Below, one piece after another: positions 49,401 to 63,411 of a DNA stretch of 64,000 bases (the stretch's first letter is position 1; every line of letters begins with the position of its first letter). The translations under genes were made by a program, and so were the position numbers. The stretch is from NCBI GenBank assembly GCA_002633005.1, contig NMRA01000001.1, positions 2,272,933 to 2,336,932 of the forward strand. Direction: 5' to 3'. Source of the DNA: Phoronis australis (taxonomy: Eukaryota > Animalia > Phoronida). The notes under the pieces are model-generated. The model ran no database searches. It saw nothing but the letters and a program-made list of their open reading frames with translations, and was not told where the DNA came from.

Positions 49401-52400
49401 GACATTCTGTGACATTACTATTTCCAGGCGTACCTTGCTTAAACCTGTATCGGTTATTTCTATGGCACTGCTGCTTCTACTGTTCCTAAACAGGTATTTC
49501 AGATAGGGCTGAAAGTGGGAAAACGAATCAAATGTACATGTCAAAACAATAAACAAATTGCCTTACAGTGGCTACATCTTAAATTATAAATTTTTGTGAT
49601 TGCTAAAGCTCCGTAGAACCAGTTACATAAACTATGAAAATGTGTTTGAAAAAACCAGGGACGTGGATGAAGTTTAAAATTTGCAACTTCAGCTGAGTGA
49701 GTCATAGTCAGACAAGTGTTATCACGACCATCAAATCTCATTAGAAATACCCAGCATTGTAACACAACAACGCATTGATAAAATAATATCACATTTTGGT
49801 CACACACTGACAGGAATAAACTTATCACCCTCTCCCCTCCAACAAGAAACAGCACAGACAGAATTTAGAAAACCAACTTTTAGGTTATCGCACATTTGGA
49901 AACAAAAAAGAAAATCAATGCAATTCACATCCCAAATGGCCGAGCCTATGATTACAGCCAATCAGAGCACTCCTTTAAGATGCTTGACATACATCATTGA
50001 TAAATCATGCCCCGTCTCTCAATGAAGCGTGTTCTCGTCTATCAAATATAAGTAATAGGATACACCACAATCACCACAAACATTAGTTGGGCTACGTATC
50101 CTAAGGGAAAAGACACTTCCTTCAAGACAAATACCGTGATGTAAGCCCTGGACTGGTGCCATTCATGAATGTGATCCGTGTAGCCGTCAAAGAAGTGTTT
50201 ATGGTGAATGTCCACCTCTTTGACCATCAGTCGATGAATTAGGGCATTGGCCACTAACAGGGAGACTCTGGTTTGGAGTCCGGCATACTGAACAGCCTGT
50301 GTGGGGATAGCCCACAAGTACTTCTGAAGGAAAGATGGTCGTAAACGGTGAACAAAAGAGATGTATGAATAACTTGAGAAGTTGTGCAACTATATAATAA
50401 GAAATCAAACAAGGGCCCTGTTACACCTGCCTGTAGCTCTTGCTATGTTCCCAATACTTTTGACACAGGATAAAAGTGAGAAGCAGCCAGGTCAACGTTG
50501 AAAACAGTAGTTTTTGAGAGTCCAATCACTGGTGTCAACTACGTTAGTTTGACGGCCCTAACATTATTTCAACATGAAACTTTTGTAGATCTCAACTTCA
50601 AATGGTGCAACTTTCAGCCTAGGCTTAACTCTTAAAGGTTATCTCAAACCTTATTTTGCAAAACGTAAGGTACTTAATATTTGTATAAAAATAGCAAACA
50701 TATTCGTCTACCTTACGGTATGCAAAAGCAAGGCATTTAAAAGAAATATTATAACTCGAGTGTGAAATTCACTAATGTTGAAAATAAGTTGATTCCGAAG
50801 CTGAGAAATAGCGGAAGACGTCATGAGTCTTCAAAATCTGAAGGTTATCGCCAAATTATTTGGTGAAAAATTATTTTTGGAGAATGTAATTTATCAACAA
50901 TGTTCATTATTTCAACATTCACTCGCAACGTCAACTTTTTGCACTGCAAAATTAACATAATTATCACTAACATGTTTCAATTTATCGAATCAAGTTGGAT
51001 CAAGATGGGGTCAACTATTGACCTACTTAAAAGTAGGTCAACAGTTTATTAGTAACACACCAAGTGCTGGAAGACTGATATGAAACCAAGTACGAAATGG
51101 ATTTCACAAATTAACTCGGTAGTTAAAGCGTATCGTGAGCACAAGATCAAAACAGCAAAATGTCAAATTACTGAATCGGATCAAATTAATGAGGTGAAGA
51201 TTTATCTCTTTTCACAACTCGCTGTGTTCTTGAACACAAAGTCACAGAAGTCAATCTCGGTGCATTTGTTCTCAACGGTTGTATGCATGCAGACGTACAA
51301 CTCCCTCAGGATCAAAACATCTTTCTATCCTGTGTACAACTTGTTGACTCAATATTATGGCAACTCAGTGAATGAAATGACTGAGGGTACACAAGGAACT
51401 GCACTGTGCTGGGCGGGAGATTGGATTTGAGTCAAAGCCCTGTAACCTTTGACCTTGGGTAAATGGTAAACAAATTTCCACGCAGTTGTGCAGTTCCAAA
51501 GTAGTTCTGCCAATAAAATCTTTCTTTTCTCCCTACACCGTATACGATTCGTATTTGAAGTTCCCTGAGTATAAAGATAAGATATTTTGCTAGACATATG
51601 TGAAATATTGTAAAAACAAACAATTTTTGTGAATAAGGTTTGAGATATCCTTAACCTTACCTCCATTCGGCTGTATTTCTGATAGCCACGTGATTCAAAT
51701 GTGATGTCTCTAAAGGGACAACCGTAGTTCACTTTGATCACACTTTCACCCCTTAAACATAAGGAATGATATTATGTACCATAACTCATAATGAAATGAA
51801 ATGATCACCAATTATTATTAATTAAAGAAGCATGAAATGCGAAAGCTAGTCAAAGATATCTTTTGAACAATTCCTGACCAAAGTACCATCTCGCAACTTC
51901 TAGTACAGATTGAGTAATTCACTTTCCCCTGTAAGGAAATTTATAGAAAAAATCAAAAATTCACGATTTTTGAAATACGCACAAAGGAAAAATTCTGTGG
52001 TTACCATAGAGTTTTTAATGTCTCCACCCACTTTGATAAATGTGCACATGCGCTCAGTCAGTTGCTTGAAGACATTTGAGATCAAAGGTCCCATTTTCCA
52101 TATTAGGGAAATGTGCAATGTCTATGTCGTGCCCTATCAAATAAGGATACGGGCTTTGCCTGAGAACCACTTTCAAGCAATTTAGTCTTTTATCACGTTC
52201 CAGGCCACTTTAAGCCAAAAAAGTAATGTTTGGTTACGACCACTTAGCGTTAAAGTTTAATGAAGAGCATTGATACGGTATTTGGCCACAGTGTGTATTG
52301 AACACATTTTAAAACAAATTAAGATAACTATCATTAAACACTCCCACTGCAGTGAGCAATTGATCAATTCATGTACTATGATGGTAAAAATTCTCCAGTT

Positions 52401-55400
52401 TCGGAGTCTCTAAAATTTGGGACATCAAAATTCCAGCTGCAATAAAATTATCTTGATTCTGAAGATACATAGAACACTGTATTATGTATCAGTTTGAAAA
52501 TAGACTCTCTTGGCAGTTTAAAAGATGGTTGAAAATAGCCATCGACGCAACGTTTTCATTTGTTCCCACAGTGTATAATAATAACAATAAATAGTAAATA
52601 TAATTTACTCTTGAATTTGAAACAGCCAATACTGCCAATTTCTGAAATGTGCCATAAGCTCCAACAACGAACAAAATAATTTCATTTTTCACTGTCCCAA
52701 ACTAGGAAAATGGCAGATGAGGACATGGTGAATGATAACAGACACAAAAATAATAATAAACAAATGCAACACTGGAGTGTTTACAAGAGCCAATGGTACA
52801 TTACAAACTTTATGTTTGTAGGGGCCATTAGGAGGTACTACTGTAACAATGATCGAATCTGCCTGAAAATCAAAGGGTTGCCAGCATATTATCAAGTTTC
52901 ACTAAAATCCGTCAAGCAGTTCTTTAAATATCATCTGGAATGTTCTACCCCCAAATAACTTGAAAAGCCATTTGTTAAGAACAAAATGGCCACTGCAGTG
53001 CGCATGTGAAGTTTCATTGAAATCCATCAATCAGTTCTTTAGATATCATCTGGAAACACTCTTCCCCCAAACAACACTTGAAAAGCCTTTCGTGAGGATC
53101 CTGCAGTGGTCAACAGAAACTTATTTGTCAAATTTCGTGAGCATAAACACTTAGGAACATGGCAGATATTGAAGCACACACAAGGAAACCTAAATCGGCA
53201 CTAGGGGTCGCTACAGCTGTATTCTCTTTAACAGTGAACACATTATAATAATTTAAAGAAAATCCACCACGGAACTCAGTAAATATTGAGGGACAGACAG
53301 AAAATGAGTTGGCCACAAGGGGGCACTACAGTAGTTGGACCAGCATGAAAATCAACATCAGATGTGCTCAACTTCCAATAGGAACACATCTAAGAAATTC
53401 TATTATGATCCTTCAAGCATTATAGAGACAGATGCTAATAGACATACTGGATATATTTCATAGCTATTTTTTACATAAAAAATGACCAAAAGGGACCCAT
53501 AATACGTTGAAGAGACACTCAGGAGTTGGATCATGCACAGAATGATTACAGTCACATAACTGTGCTGTCAAACTGCTTTGTAGGAGATAGATTACAGTTT
53601 ATTGAATTGTTCTTAAAGACGTGTCGAGTGAGACAAAGTTTGCACAATTTTGTTGTATGCATAATTGCATTGCGTGATTTCAATAACGTAGAAAATATAT
53701 CTGAAACTAAATAAGGCGATCCAGATCCTCCCAAGGATACTATTGTTTCATGAAATGAAGAATATAAATCGGTAAATAAAACAACAAGAATGGATCAACT
53801 GAAATTTGAAATTTTCGGAGGTAACAACTTCCTTTATCAACAGAAACAGAAATAAAGTAAAATCAAACACAAAATGACAATTGACATATAAGATACGGTG
53901 TAATGAAAATGATACATTTTTGCGTAAAAAATTCAATGACATATTTTAAGAAGTTTTTACGTTCAATCCATGAGGTTCTATTGTATTCAGTTTGTCTATC
54001 CAATATTGTTCTCTTTTAAGTCTGTGAGGAGTACTGGGGTGTTGGAGTTTTTCTATTATTTGTACAGAAAGATCTTGAATATTATGGTTTTTGGAACTGA
54101 AATGATTACCTATAGTATCAGAAATGTTTTTATGTATTATGTTAAATCTATGATTACAATAAAATTATACTAATATTATTGACTTCTTTTACTAACAACA
54201 TCATACCAGCAGCTCAAGTATTTTCGTAGTCTCAAATTTCCCCTCAGAGTTGAACAGCCAGAGAAAGAGTGTTTATGTGAACTTCAGTCAATTTTATGGC
54301 CAAGCATTCTATGACTTGGCATGTGACTGAAGTCCATAGCTGGCATAGATAGCATTCATATTTGAGGGGAACCCAAGGCTACGAAAAAACCCAAAGTATT
54401 CCAGATGAACAAAACACCGTCTTATAAAAAAACTTGTTGCAGAAATAGTCTAATCCAAGTAAGGACAATTCAAAAACATTGACATAAAACTGCTGTGAGT
54501 CTATACCTTCTGAACTAGTCATCTAAAACTTTAAATCAGAAGGTAGGCTCACCTCACTTCAGTTTTAACAATGTTGTACTGCTTCTTTGGTTGTTCTGAA
54601 GATCAACCTTTATGTTTTACTGCTCTTACTAACACCGCCTAAGGAGCAAAAAAGTCAAGCAAAGTGTATAACCAAACGATACCTATTTGAAAACTGATTT
54701 CATAAGAAACCAAGGACACGGCATTACACCAGTTTACCACAAGGCAGTGCAGAATACATGTTAGTTATCACAAAACCATGCAGAACATAAGCTAGTTACC
54801 ACAAGGTCATGCAGAACATATGTCAGTTTCCACAACGTCACACAGGCATATGCCAGTTACCACAAGGCCATGCAGACCACAGGCAACTTACAATGGAAAC
54901 GACTTTGCAAGGGCATCACCACTGAGAGCCTCGGCATAAGGAACAAGCAACCGCCTCAGGAACACGTCGCCTGATGAGGTCTTATAGGCTATTAACTAAA
55001 ACAAAAATANTATGTCAAAGGGTTTTGGAGATAGAGCAGCGGACGCCGGACGCCAGACGCCGGACGGACGCCGCCCGGACGGACGGACGGACGGACGGAC
55101 GGACAGAGATGACGGCATAATGCGTCCACATATAAATATGTGGGCGCATAAAAAGCAAAGCACATTGTACACCCAAATAAAATCTCATTAATTTAGAAAA
55201 CATAATGGCAAACAACTGAGTGATTCATGGAGAACAAACATGAGTACACAAATGAGACAAACAACAAGATTGTAACTAATAATCACTATGCAACTGTGCA
55301 GTTAGGCAGTTGCAGACAGCTTGTAGAAATATATTCTTTTTTTCTAAAATTGCACAGATGTTAGACAAGAAGAAATGGACAAAAGGTTTTTAAGTCTCAG

Positions 55401-58400
55401 GTGGAGGTAGGGTAAACTAATTCACTTACTCAGACTGCGTTCTTGCTGATTCGGACTGCATTCCAGTTCTTTTTCAACAAATGATTGGTTATCGATGTTT
55501 CCCACCATTCTGCGACCAGGAAGTAGTATAGTGTCGTACGTTGGACGACTGTAGCATGCACTCCAAAATGTCTGGAGCAGCAAGCACACAGTTTCTGAGT
55601 AAGTAAATTACCTTCCCCAAGAAATATATTCATTTTGCTATTGATTTGAAAAATCTACAGAATCCATTATTATTGTTAATGGCAAATTTGTTTTGATTTA
55701 ATGTCAATCGGTCAGAGCACCTAACCTGTAATCTGTTTAAACGTCTTACACAAACATTTTTTTGAAAATTCACACATGACAAGGAAAAACAAACTTACAA
55801 ACATTCTAGATGCTTAATCTCAATGCTAAAGGTCATGCGTACTTTAAACACACCTGTTTTAACAGCAAGGTGGGGTTATTTGCTAATGAACTCACTTCAT
55901 TGTTAGAGTTGAGATAAGCGTACAGTCCATGTTCTGTATTGTCAAAGGACACGATCTTGACCGTCTCATTGAATGTTTTCTTGATAAGAAATACCAGACG
56001 ACCTCTGTCAAAACTGTAAAAAAATAAACAGCTCAGTGGTTTGCGTAGATAAAAAATTCATAAAAGCGGCAACAAACCCATATTCCAACACAAACTGAAT
56101 GACTTAGATCCCTTACACTCCATTATAAACATGGTCTCAAAGTGCTCCATAGTCAATTTAAAGGTGATTTCAGAGATTAGAAAGAACTGAGAGTTAATTG
56201 TTGTTCGATCAAAGCTCTATAAGTCGGCGTGTCATTTTATGAGCCCAACATGGTCCCCAGGAATGACAAAAAAATCAAGTCCATTTCTTATCCAAGTAAC
56301 AAACAAGTTGAAATAACGCACAGAACAGTAAGTGGTCTGAATCAAAAGTTTGCTTCTTTGATGAAATGCGGGTTATAAATTTTTAAGATGAAAATAGTAC
56401 CACTGAACAGAGAATAATAAAAATTATGACAAAAATCAAGAAGAATTTGATACTAAGTGTTTAAGTGTTGCACCTGGTTTAAAGCTGTGCTAAGCGATAC
56501 CCAGTCATGCGAAATGAGTCATGTTACAGGATTTGGCAAGTACCAGCTTGCATTTTGCTAGCTGAAATTGCTGTTGGTGACCTGATCTCGAGGATTATTC
56601 GCCAACTCTCAATCCTCATTTTGTTTTACTCTGCAACAAAGCTCGTGGCGTACCCTAGGCAAAATAAATTAAATTTAACTTCATTCGTTAAATGCCTTTA
56701 TCATCATTATTTTGACATTTGTCACTTTAATCAACCCTTAGGGTTTATTTTGCAATAACGACTAAACGAAAAATTTTAACATTTCTGATTTATTTAATAA
56801 AATGTTATTGAAACCTACAATTTGTTGTTGGATGGACATTTAGACATAAATTGAGATCACTGACTATTCCTGCCTATTATTATTATTACCATAAATGTCA
56901 CAAATGCTGGCAATGTCTTCACAATTATGATAAGCCATAATTGGTTGTAAAGATGTTAACCCTGTTTTGCCGTGTTCACCAAAAGCCGGTTCTGTGACCC
57001 ATTGATGTTCCTGCTCTGAACAGTAAAATTCAACTAAAACATTTTACTCAAAGTGTATACCATGATTCGTGCCATTAATTACCCGCAAAAACCGTGTAAC
57101 TGATGCAAAGCTTTAGCCAAACATGCCAAGTTAACAGTCATTGTAAGGAGTATTCAAACTTGTTCCAAACTTTGGAGGGTCGACAAGGATTGCAAAGCAT
57201 TATAAAGGAGGGCTTCAGGATGGTGACAACAAATTTTGCAACAGAACGTTGTTACAAGGCACTTTAACCATTTTTTGACGAAATGCTCACACATTTTCCA
57301 TCCTGATTGTTCACGTCTAACACCAAAACTTCGGTGAAACCACACAAATTTGTCAAGAATGCTGGAATATGCCTTTTTTTTGAAAATAAGTCATTAGATT
57401 TTCACTTACCTTTCTACAATGGCATTGCCTAGGAAAGATAAATGTGAGCCCACGTATCTTGAGTAGATCACAGAGTGGATATGTACTGGTACACCAGGCT
57501 TGTTGCCGGACATGGAGCTCCTGGGGTTCAGGTAGAAGTATTGCAGAATGTCCCTCTGCTTCTCATAGTAGACGGCTGAGAACTGAGACACACACCTCCA
57601 ATGGCCCTGGGAGAAATTACCTGGAAAATTAGCTATGGGTGAAAAAATGTAAACTGTTTTATGCATCATGTTAAACTTTATACCTAGTACCTCACAAAAT
57701 ATCATCATATCAAATTATCACATCAAAAAATTGTACCGAGTCTCTAAATTTGTATTCACCACAATGTAAGTTTTACAATTAGCCAGGGAAATATATTATT
57801 AATAGCTAATTGACATCTTACGGAGGCTTCAAGAAATTATTGAAACAGAAGTTCACTTCATGATTATGTGTGAGTTATCTCCTGCCACTGTCCTCCCCAC
57901 AATGCCACGACAAACAAGTGCATACACTACCTGAAAATTCAAGAATTCCAACTTCACCTCTACCCTGCAAGCTGACAAGTTGCACCAAGAAGGTAATGAC
58001 AAGCTCTGGAGTAATAGTCACAGACCCACTAACAATAGAACAGCTGTTGTAGTCAGTGAATAAGGAGCATGGGTCAGACGTGTTGTTTGCTCGCAGCAAC
58101 ACAAAGTTCAAGCCTCCCTCTGAAATTTGTAGAACGAATACAACACAGTCAAGTATGAAAGAGAACTTGTTGATAACTGCTTCAGTGATCATAAATTGTT
58201 CAAGTACACCAATTGAAATGAAGACAAATTTGTCATTTTTTAGCAGGGTAAAGAGTGAAAAACTACTAACCACGCAGTGCTGACTAGAGGACAGTTGCCT
58301 ATTAAACTACATGAGTCAGAAGGAATTGAACACAACTTTATGTATGCCCATGGAACTGCACAAATAGTGACAAATTCTATTAATAAATTTTCTTATAGCT

Positions 58401-61400
58401 TTTACTTCAAACACCTAAAAGGAAATCAAATCTCATACAATTCAGTTACCACGATTGTTTTCTGATGTGTCGGCAGCATAAATTTGTCCTTTGATGCCTT
58501 GATCACCAATGGCCACAACAGCCCCCCGTTGGTTAAGAGGTTGCTCTGACATAAACACCATCTTGAAACAACCCACGATACTGACATGGGCCTTTTTACC
58601 AAGCACTGTGTTCTGATAGCCATCCAGTTCATAAATGCCAGACTGCAATGAGGGACAAGCTTTTCAGTGATAAACCCAGTTAGCAAAGCAAAAACAAAAA
58701 TTACAAATATGTCGTGCTTTATGACTAACACTCACAAGTAAAATGCTACTACCCACTACTATTGAAATTATTCAAAATGAGAGCCCAACATTCTACTATA
58801 AGCATCTCCTTAACTTTAGAGAATTTTCAATTAAACGCCAATTAAGCATTTGATGTTCCTTTTCAGTTAGTTCTGATTGACCCAGAGTAAATTCAGGCTT
58901 GTGCATATAGTTAACAAAATTTTTATTTCTAAAAACCTCCAATGACTTGCATTTCTTATTACTTCAAGATAATACACAAACATCCAGTAACGTATTGCCA
59001 ACCTTTGAATTCCGAAATCGAGAGGCAGCAGAAACCCAGGGAGGCACACTGTTCCCTTGGTTGATAACCTGTCTTACATTTTGAGAAAACTGTGAGAATT
59101 AGTTCAAAGTTGCGAAAACTTCATCAAAATCGGGAGAATTTGACATCTTTCTGTAATTTGAGGGAATTCTTCAAAACCCAAGAGCTTCGCATCTAAATCG
59201 AATTGGGAGAGTTGGCAGACCCACTGTCACATTCTCTAGCCTAAATAACATGTTTTATCTAGTGCACTGCAGTCAGTAATTCAGTGCGGCACACAGTGGT
59301 GCTGAAAAAAGAGGTATCGAACCCAGGCTCTTGAAGTTTGCGAAGTCACATAGACAAAGTGACGAAGCATTCAATTAATAAATCCATCATCTGAAACAAT
59401 AATTGGTTAATTATGGTAATATAATTCACATTGCCAAACCACTGTCTCGGTTGGCCGTCGTTGCCTCAATTCATTGTAATTATTATTGATGTTTAATCGC
59501 TAATAATTTGAACACTTGACTTTACAGTGTGGCTTAGTGCTTGACCTCCGGACTCCCGTTTGGGAGACCCGGGTTCAAATCCTGGCTTTACTGGCTGACA
59601 ATCGAGCATTGCACAAAAGTATCTCCTACTCCTCTGAGCTCCGTCTTACTACTGAATGTATGCTAGGGATTGACTGAGAAACTGGATGTAATGTGAAAGC
59701 GATGTCCAGGGCTGTGAGCATATGGACACTTTTGTCTCCTAATTGGAACACGAAGCAGTCACAGGAAAAACAGTGTACGAACTGTAAAGAAAAATGACAG
59801 TACTCTCGCATTACCTGTGTGTGAAGCAGAATGATGTTGTTCAAGGCCAGCAAGTCCATTATAGACACACCATTAGTGTTGCTACATGCAACGGAAGGCC
59901 TGGCGGGTGGAAGCTGAGGATTAAACAAGTCAAGAGTTAGACAGTTATGGCACAGTGGACAATGAAACAGAAAAAAGCATCTAACTGAACACAATACAAA
60001 TAATAACACCTGTTAGGCCCGTATACACAAGTCATATACTTGTAGCAAATACAATTTAGTGCGTAATTAACATTGAAGGGGGATGTGACATAATACAGGG
60101 GATAATTAATAAGTAAGATTAACTGTGCGTGCAATAAAAACTTGGTGAATGAAGCAAGCTAAGTTCCAGAAATTACTTTCCAATGATTTAACATTTAATT
60201 TTACAACAAAAAATCAGTATTCAAATATCATTCCTCTCCAGTGATAAATGAACAATAATCATGTGAATGCCAAACAGGACCCTCACTCAACTGAGAGGAA
60301 AGGTGCCTGTACCTTTTCAAAAGGGAAAATTTTGTGGTGTATTTTACTAGGAGAGGAATTTTCACGCCAGTTTTATTAAGAGGTGAATTTTTGTGAAGTT
60401 TACCCAGTATTTGTTGCATTGCTTTTTATGACAATGATATATATACCATGAGGGGAATTTCTGAGTTGATTAGGGAAACTTTGCATGATTTTTTAAATGC
60501 TCTTGAGAGGGGAAGGTGCCCACTATTTGGCCCCAACAGAGAGGAATCGAGGGTCCGTCAAATATAGTATATTAAAGGTATACTTACATTCACCTCCACG
60601 ACACTGTAGGTAGCAAAGAAGTCATATGATAAAACGATCAAGTTCTTTTTGAACCCAGCGAATCCAAGAAGTATGGAGCGGCCAGAGATGTACTTAAAGC
60701 GGACATGTTTCTGGAACAGATCGTCCTCCACAGTATTTAGCAAATTATTGCCCACTTCAACAGATTCTAAAAATGTAATTAAAACAGAGTTATCGAAACA
60801 ATTAATGGGAACCTACAGTCTAGGAATTTCCACTGATTGTAAGAAAAATTAATCAAAATTCCACACTGCTGTTCTGTTGCTCAAACAATTACTCAAAGAA
60901 TAAGGTCCACGAAATATCTTTCATTTTTTGCAAACTTACCAGCTCTTTTCCTTCGTTTCACCACAATCATATTTGGAAGCCTATAGGCCAGTATATGATC
61001 TGGTTCCTTAACTGGACCCACAGTGTTGACTTCCTCATTGATTCTGCAAAAAAGGAACAAAACCAATATCCATGCAGTATTGAATACGTTGATTTTGTAT
61101 TTTATGTGTCAGTAAGCTGATAATTGATATTAAGAGTTATCCGCTTGTTAGTGTTCACACTGGGATGGATAATTTGGGAGTGAGTAGATTGATGATTATC
61201 CCATGAGATTGCCAATAGGATGAGTTTGCAGCAAAAATGGTCATATCAGCTTACAGTCCAATTATTATCGCATCCCAGTTTAGACTGTATTGTCTAAAAA
61301 CTAGAGTTTTCATATTAATTTTGTTGAAGCTCCATAAGTTAACTTTAAAATGGAATAATTAAATTGTAACCTATTCGTATGGCAAATAAGACAATATTTA

Positions 61401-63411
61401 TAATTATAATTCGTATTACCATAACATAAGGCAATTCCTAATCATGAAAGTCACGGAATTCAGGTTTTTGGAGAGAAGGTTAAAAGGGGAATTGCATTTT
61501 AAAGACACTAATATTATATTTCAGATGATCAGATATAAGTCTAGATTTCAACAAATTAGTTTTAACAACTGCATGAATAATAGGAATTCTTTTGAATAAA
61601 CAAACCAAACAAGAATGACAAATCAAAAAGTGAAAACACAGCACTAACACAATTTTAAGAGTTGCAAGGTGTGTTTGATGGCTGAAAATACATTGTCCAA
61701 AACGGAAGAAAAGCATAAAAAACAGAAAACGCAGTATTAGAACAGACTGATTTGAGCTACCTGGCTCTGATTGTCAAACTGCCCAGGTAGGTTTCTTTGA
61801 TCTCGACAGTGAACACATTGTACCTCCAATCTCTGACCAGAGGCACCAGCCAAACAGGCTCACATAGCAGTGCAACACAAGTAGGCTGTGAGGCTACAAA
61901 GTCGAGTGGATGCAAACAAATGTAACCACAGCGTTGCATAACCAAGACTTGTTCAGAGATATCACAACACATCAAGACTTGTTCAGAAATATCACAACAC
62001 ATTATCAGAGAGCAAGTCTGATGATCAGCTTACAGCTAAACTCATAATTATACTACCATGCAGACAGGTCACCAAGCCCCTATCGGTCTCTCTTAATGAG
62101 CAATTTGATGATATACAGAGAATTAAAGATCACTGGTAGTCAACTTGGTAATGTAGGCAGGTTGAGGTCCTGAACATGCCCTTTAAACAAAATTCATAAA
62201 TAAGGACCAGGTGGGGGGGGGGCTTTTGAATACTAGTCTTTATTGATTGATGACTAGCCACTATGGAGACTGGAATGTGGACAGAACGTCTCCAGCTGAC
62301 AATGTGACATTTGAAAAATTCAAAAGATTAACCCCAAATCAATACTTCTTTTCTTTAAAGGGCATGTCTACAGCATGTCACCATGGTACTGCCACACAAA
62401 AGATGTTCGCTCAAAGTTAATCAACTACTAATTAAAATAAAACAGAACTTTTTTGCATAGTCTGCTGCTGGCAATCATCTCTTGGAGCAGATCTTGGCCT
62501 TAGAGCAGATTAGTAAAAATTTAACCTCCAAGTTTTAAATGTGAACTGATTAATTAAATTTGTCAACACAGCAACGAAGCACTTTCAAGAAATGCAGCAA
62601 GCTGTGACAGTGTTATCTGAATAAGTGACTACTAAGTGACTACTAAGTGACTACTAAGTGACTACTAAGTGACTACTAAGTGAAAACATGAGACAGCTGA
62701 CTCGTCTTTTCACTTCTGCTCATACCATCTCCAGGGGTTGCACATTGACTTAAGACCACTGACTTGCACAGGAGTTGCGTGTTAACAAAGACGATGGCAG
62801 TTATTATGAATGGTTGCTCAGTTCAACTCACTTTGGCTCATCTTTGCCTGATCGACCAGAATAGGTGAGAGGAAGTGTTCTGTATACGCACGATACTCTC
62901 CAAGCGTGTTGACAGGGCCTGTCCTAATGAAAATAGACGGCTTGAGGCCAACCTGTGCCAGTTTCCTACCAATCTCATGACTATCCTGCAATGGATTAAA
63001 GCTACTGCTGTTTAGCTTTTCAAAAATGACAGTCATATTTTTGAAGAGGTCTCGTTTTCACCCACGGTATTGAACAAAACCGACAGTAGAAAGGGAGCAT
63101 ATAGCTGATTCAGAAGTTAGCCAAATGAAAACTCGAGTAAAAAAGGTCATGGACATGTTCAAATTCCCCATTCAATTATGGGGCAAAGTGGCCCTTATCT
63201 CAAAAACATGCAGTTTCTGTTCGATGTTGGACAACATTTCAAATCAGATAAGAAAAAAATTCTTGAAAGTTACATAGTTCAGCTTTTTTACATAGTCATA
63301 ACAGTAACAAAAATTCTTCCTACACTGCATAAAACAAAATAATTATGAACTCACCAGCCCATTGCAAACAACCTGAACTTTGACAATGTATGGATAACCA
63401 TAGTATTGTTC
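40424..63411 (-). CDS. CATSPERG: Cation channel sperm-associated auxiliary subunit gamma (partial: 5' end unresolved, probably 1-3 exons missing between 51752 and 55429)
   Basis: Exons: 63411-63355, 62985-62832, 61893-61761, 61043-60940, 60766-60588, 59913-59815, 58642-58450, 58119-57931, 57620-57410, 56013-55896, 55571-55430, 51751-51661, 50323-50135, 49508-49434, 47689-47572, 46365-46238, 45978-45838, 44840-44681, 44006-43850, 42730-42530, 41774-41669, 40597-40424 or 40471. Phases agree except across the gap. Recognised CatSper-gamma-like motifs: YYGYPYIVKV, GLKP, GCPFRD, IPEYIYLD, LGCPP, FYPVFRIVDRPTG, WVCREHSPC, PEFYFVLEVSN, FCDHTLRFLVKVYGLPL, then a single C-terminal TM helix. Confidence 0.88.
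41976..42045 (-). pseudogene. Degenerate tRNA-derived sequence (SINE head or tRNA pseudogene)
   Basis: Minus strand ggcctaatagg (A box) ... gggttcgagtccc (B box / T arm); the anticodon arm does not pair. Confidence 0.5.
42160..42270. repeat. 37-bp minisatellite, 3 copies
   Basis: gtaggtggcgaaacctgcacacctgtttacttttact x3 with minor variants. Confidence 0.9.
43598..43670. repeat. (CACC)n/(CA)n microsatellite with an N
   Basis: Directly visible. Confidence 0.9.
46400..46900 (-). mobile_element. Possible highly decayed LINE reverse-transcriptase remnant
   Basis: Minus-strand WTDKHLLNFN near 46770-46800 resembles the W..WL(L).FN motif of non-LTR RTs; the frames are broken and the boundaries are guesses. 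Confidence 0.25.
51917..52165. repeat. Interspersed repeat copy 2 (see 537-770)
   Basis: Colinear similarity to 537-770. Confidence 0.75.
54728..54890. repeat. About 30-bp degenerate minisatellite, about 5 copies
   Basis: agttaccacaaggtcatgcagaacata-type units. Confidence 0.8.
55011..55154. mobile_element. End of a Helentron-associated (DINE-1/HINE-like) element
   Basis: (GGAC)n microsatellite, then the hairpin atgcgtccacatat-aa-atatgtgggcgcat and an A run; architecture typical of HINE ends. Confidence 0.55.
59525..59590 (+). pseudogene. tRNA-derived SINE head or tRNA pseudogene
   Basis: A box tggcttagtgc and B box ggttcaaatcc at tRNA spacing; the anticodon stem is mispaired. Confidence 0.55.
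61943..62001. repeat. 30-bp tandem duplication
   Basis: caagacttgttcaga(g/a)atatcacaacacat x2. Confidence 0.85.
62622..62682. repeat. 11-bp perfect tandem repeat, about 5.5 copies
   Basis: (TAAGTGACTAC)n. Confidence 0.95.

Noticed and set aside
53198-53330. Strong CTCF-like sites (ccacaagggggcac)
   Set aside because: They appear embedded in repeat-like sequence next to GACA repeats and are not clustered like those in PRPF39.
58271-58355. Extra CATSPERG exon VPWAYIKLCSIPSDSC...
   Set aside because: No phase-compatible donor; the flanking exons join directly in phase 1.
59525-59590. Functional tRNA-Gly gene
   Set aside because: The anticodon and acceptor stems are mispaired, so it was treated as a SINE head or pseudogene.
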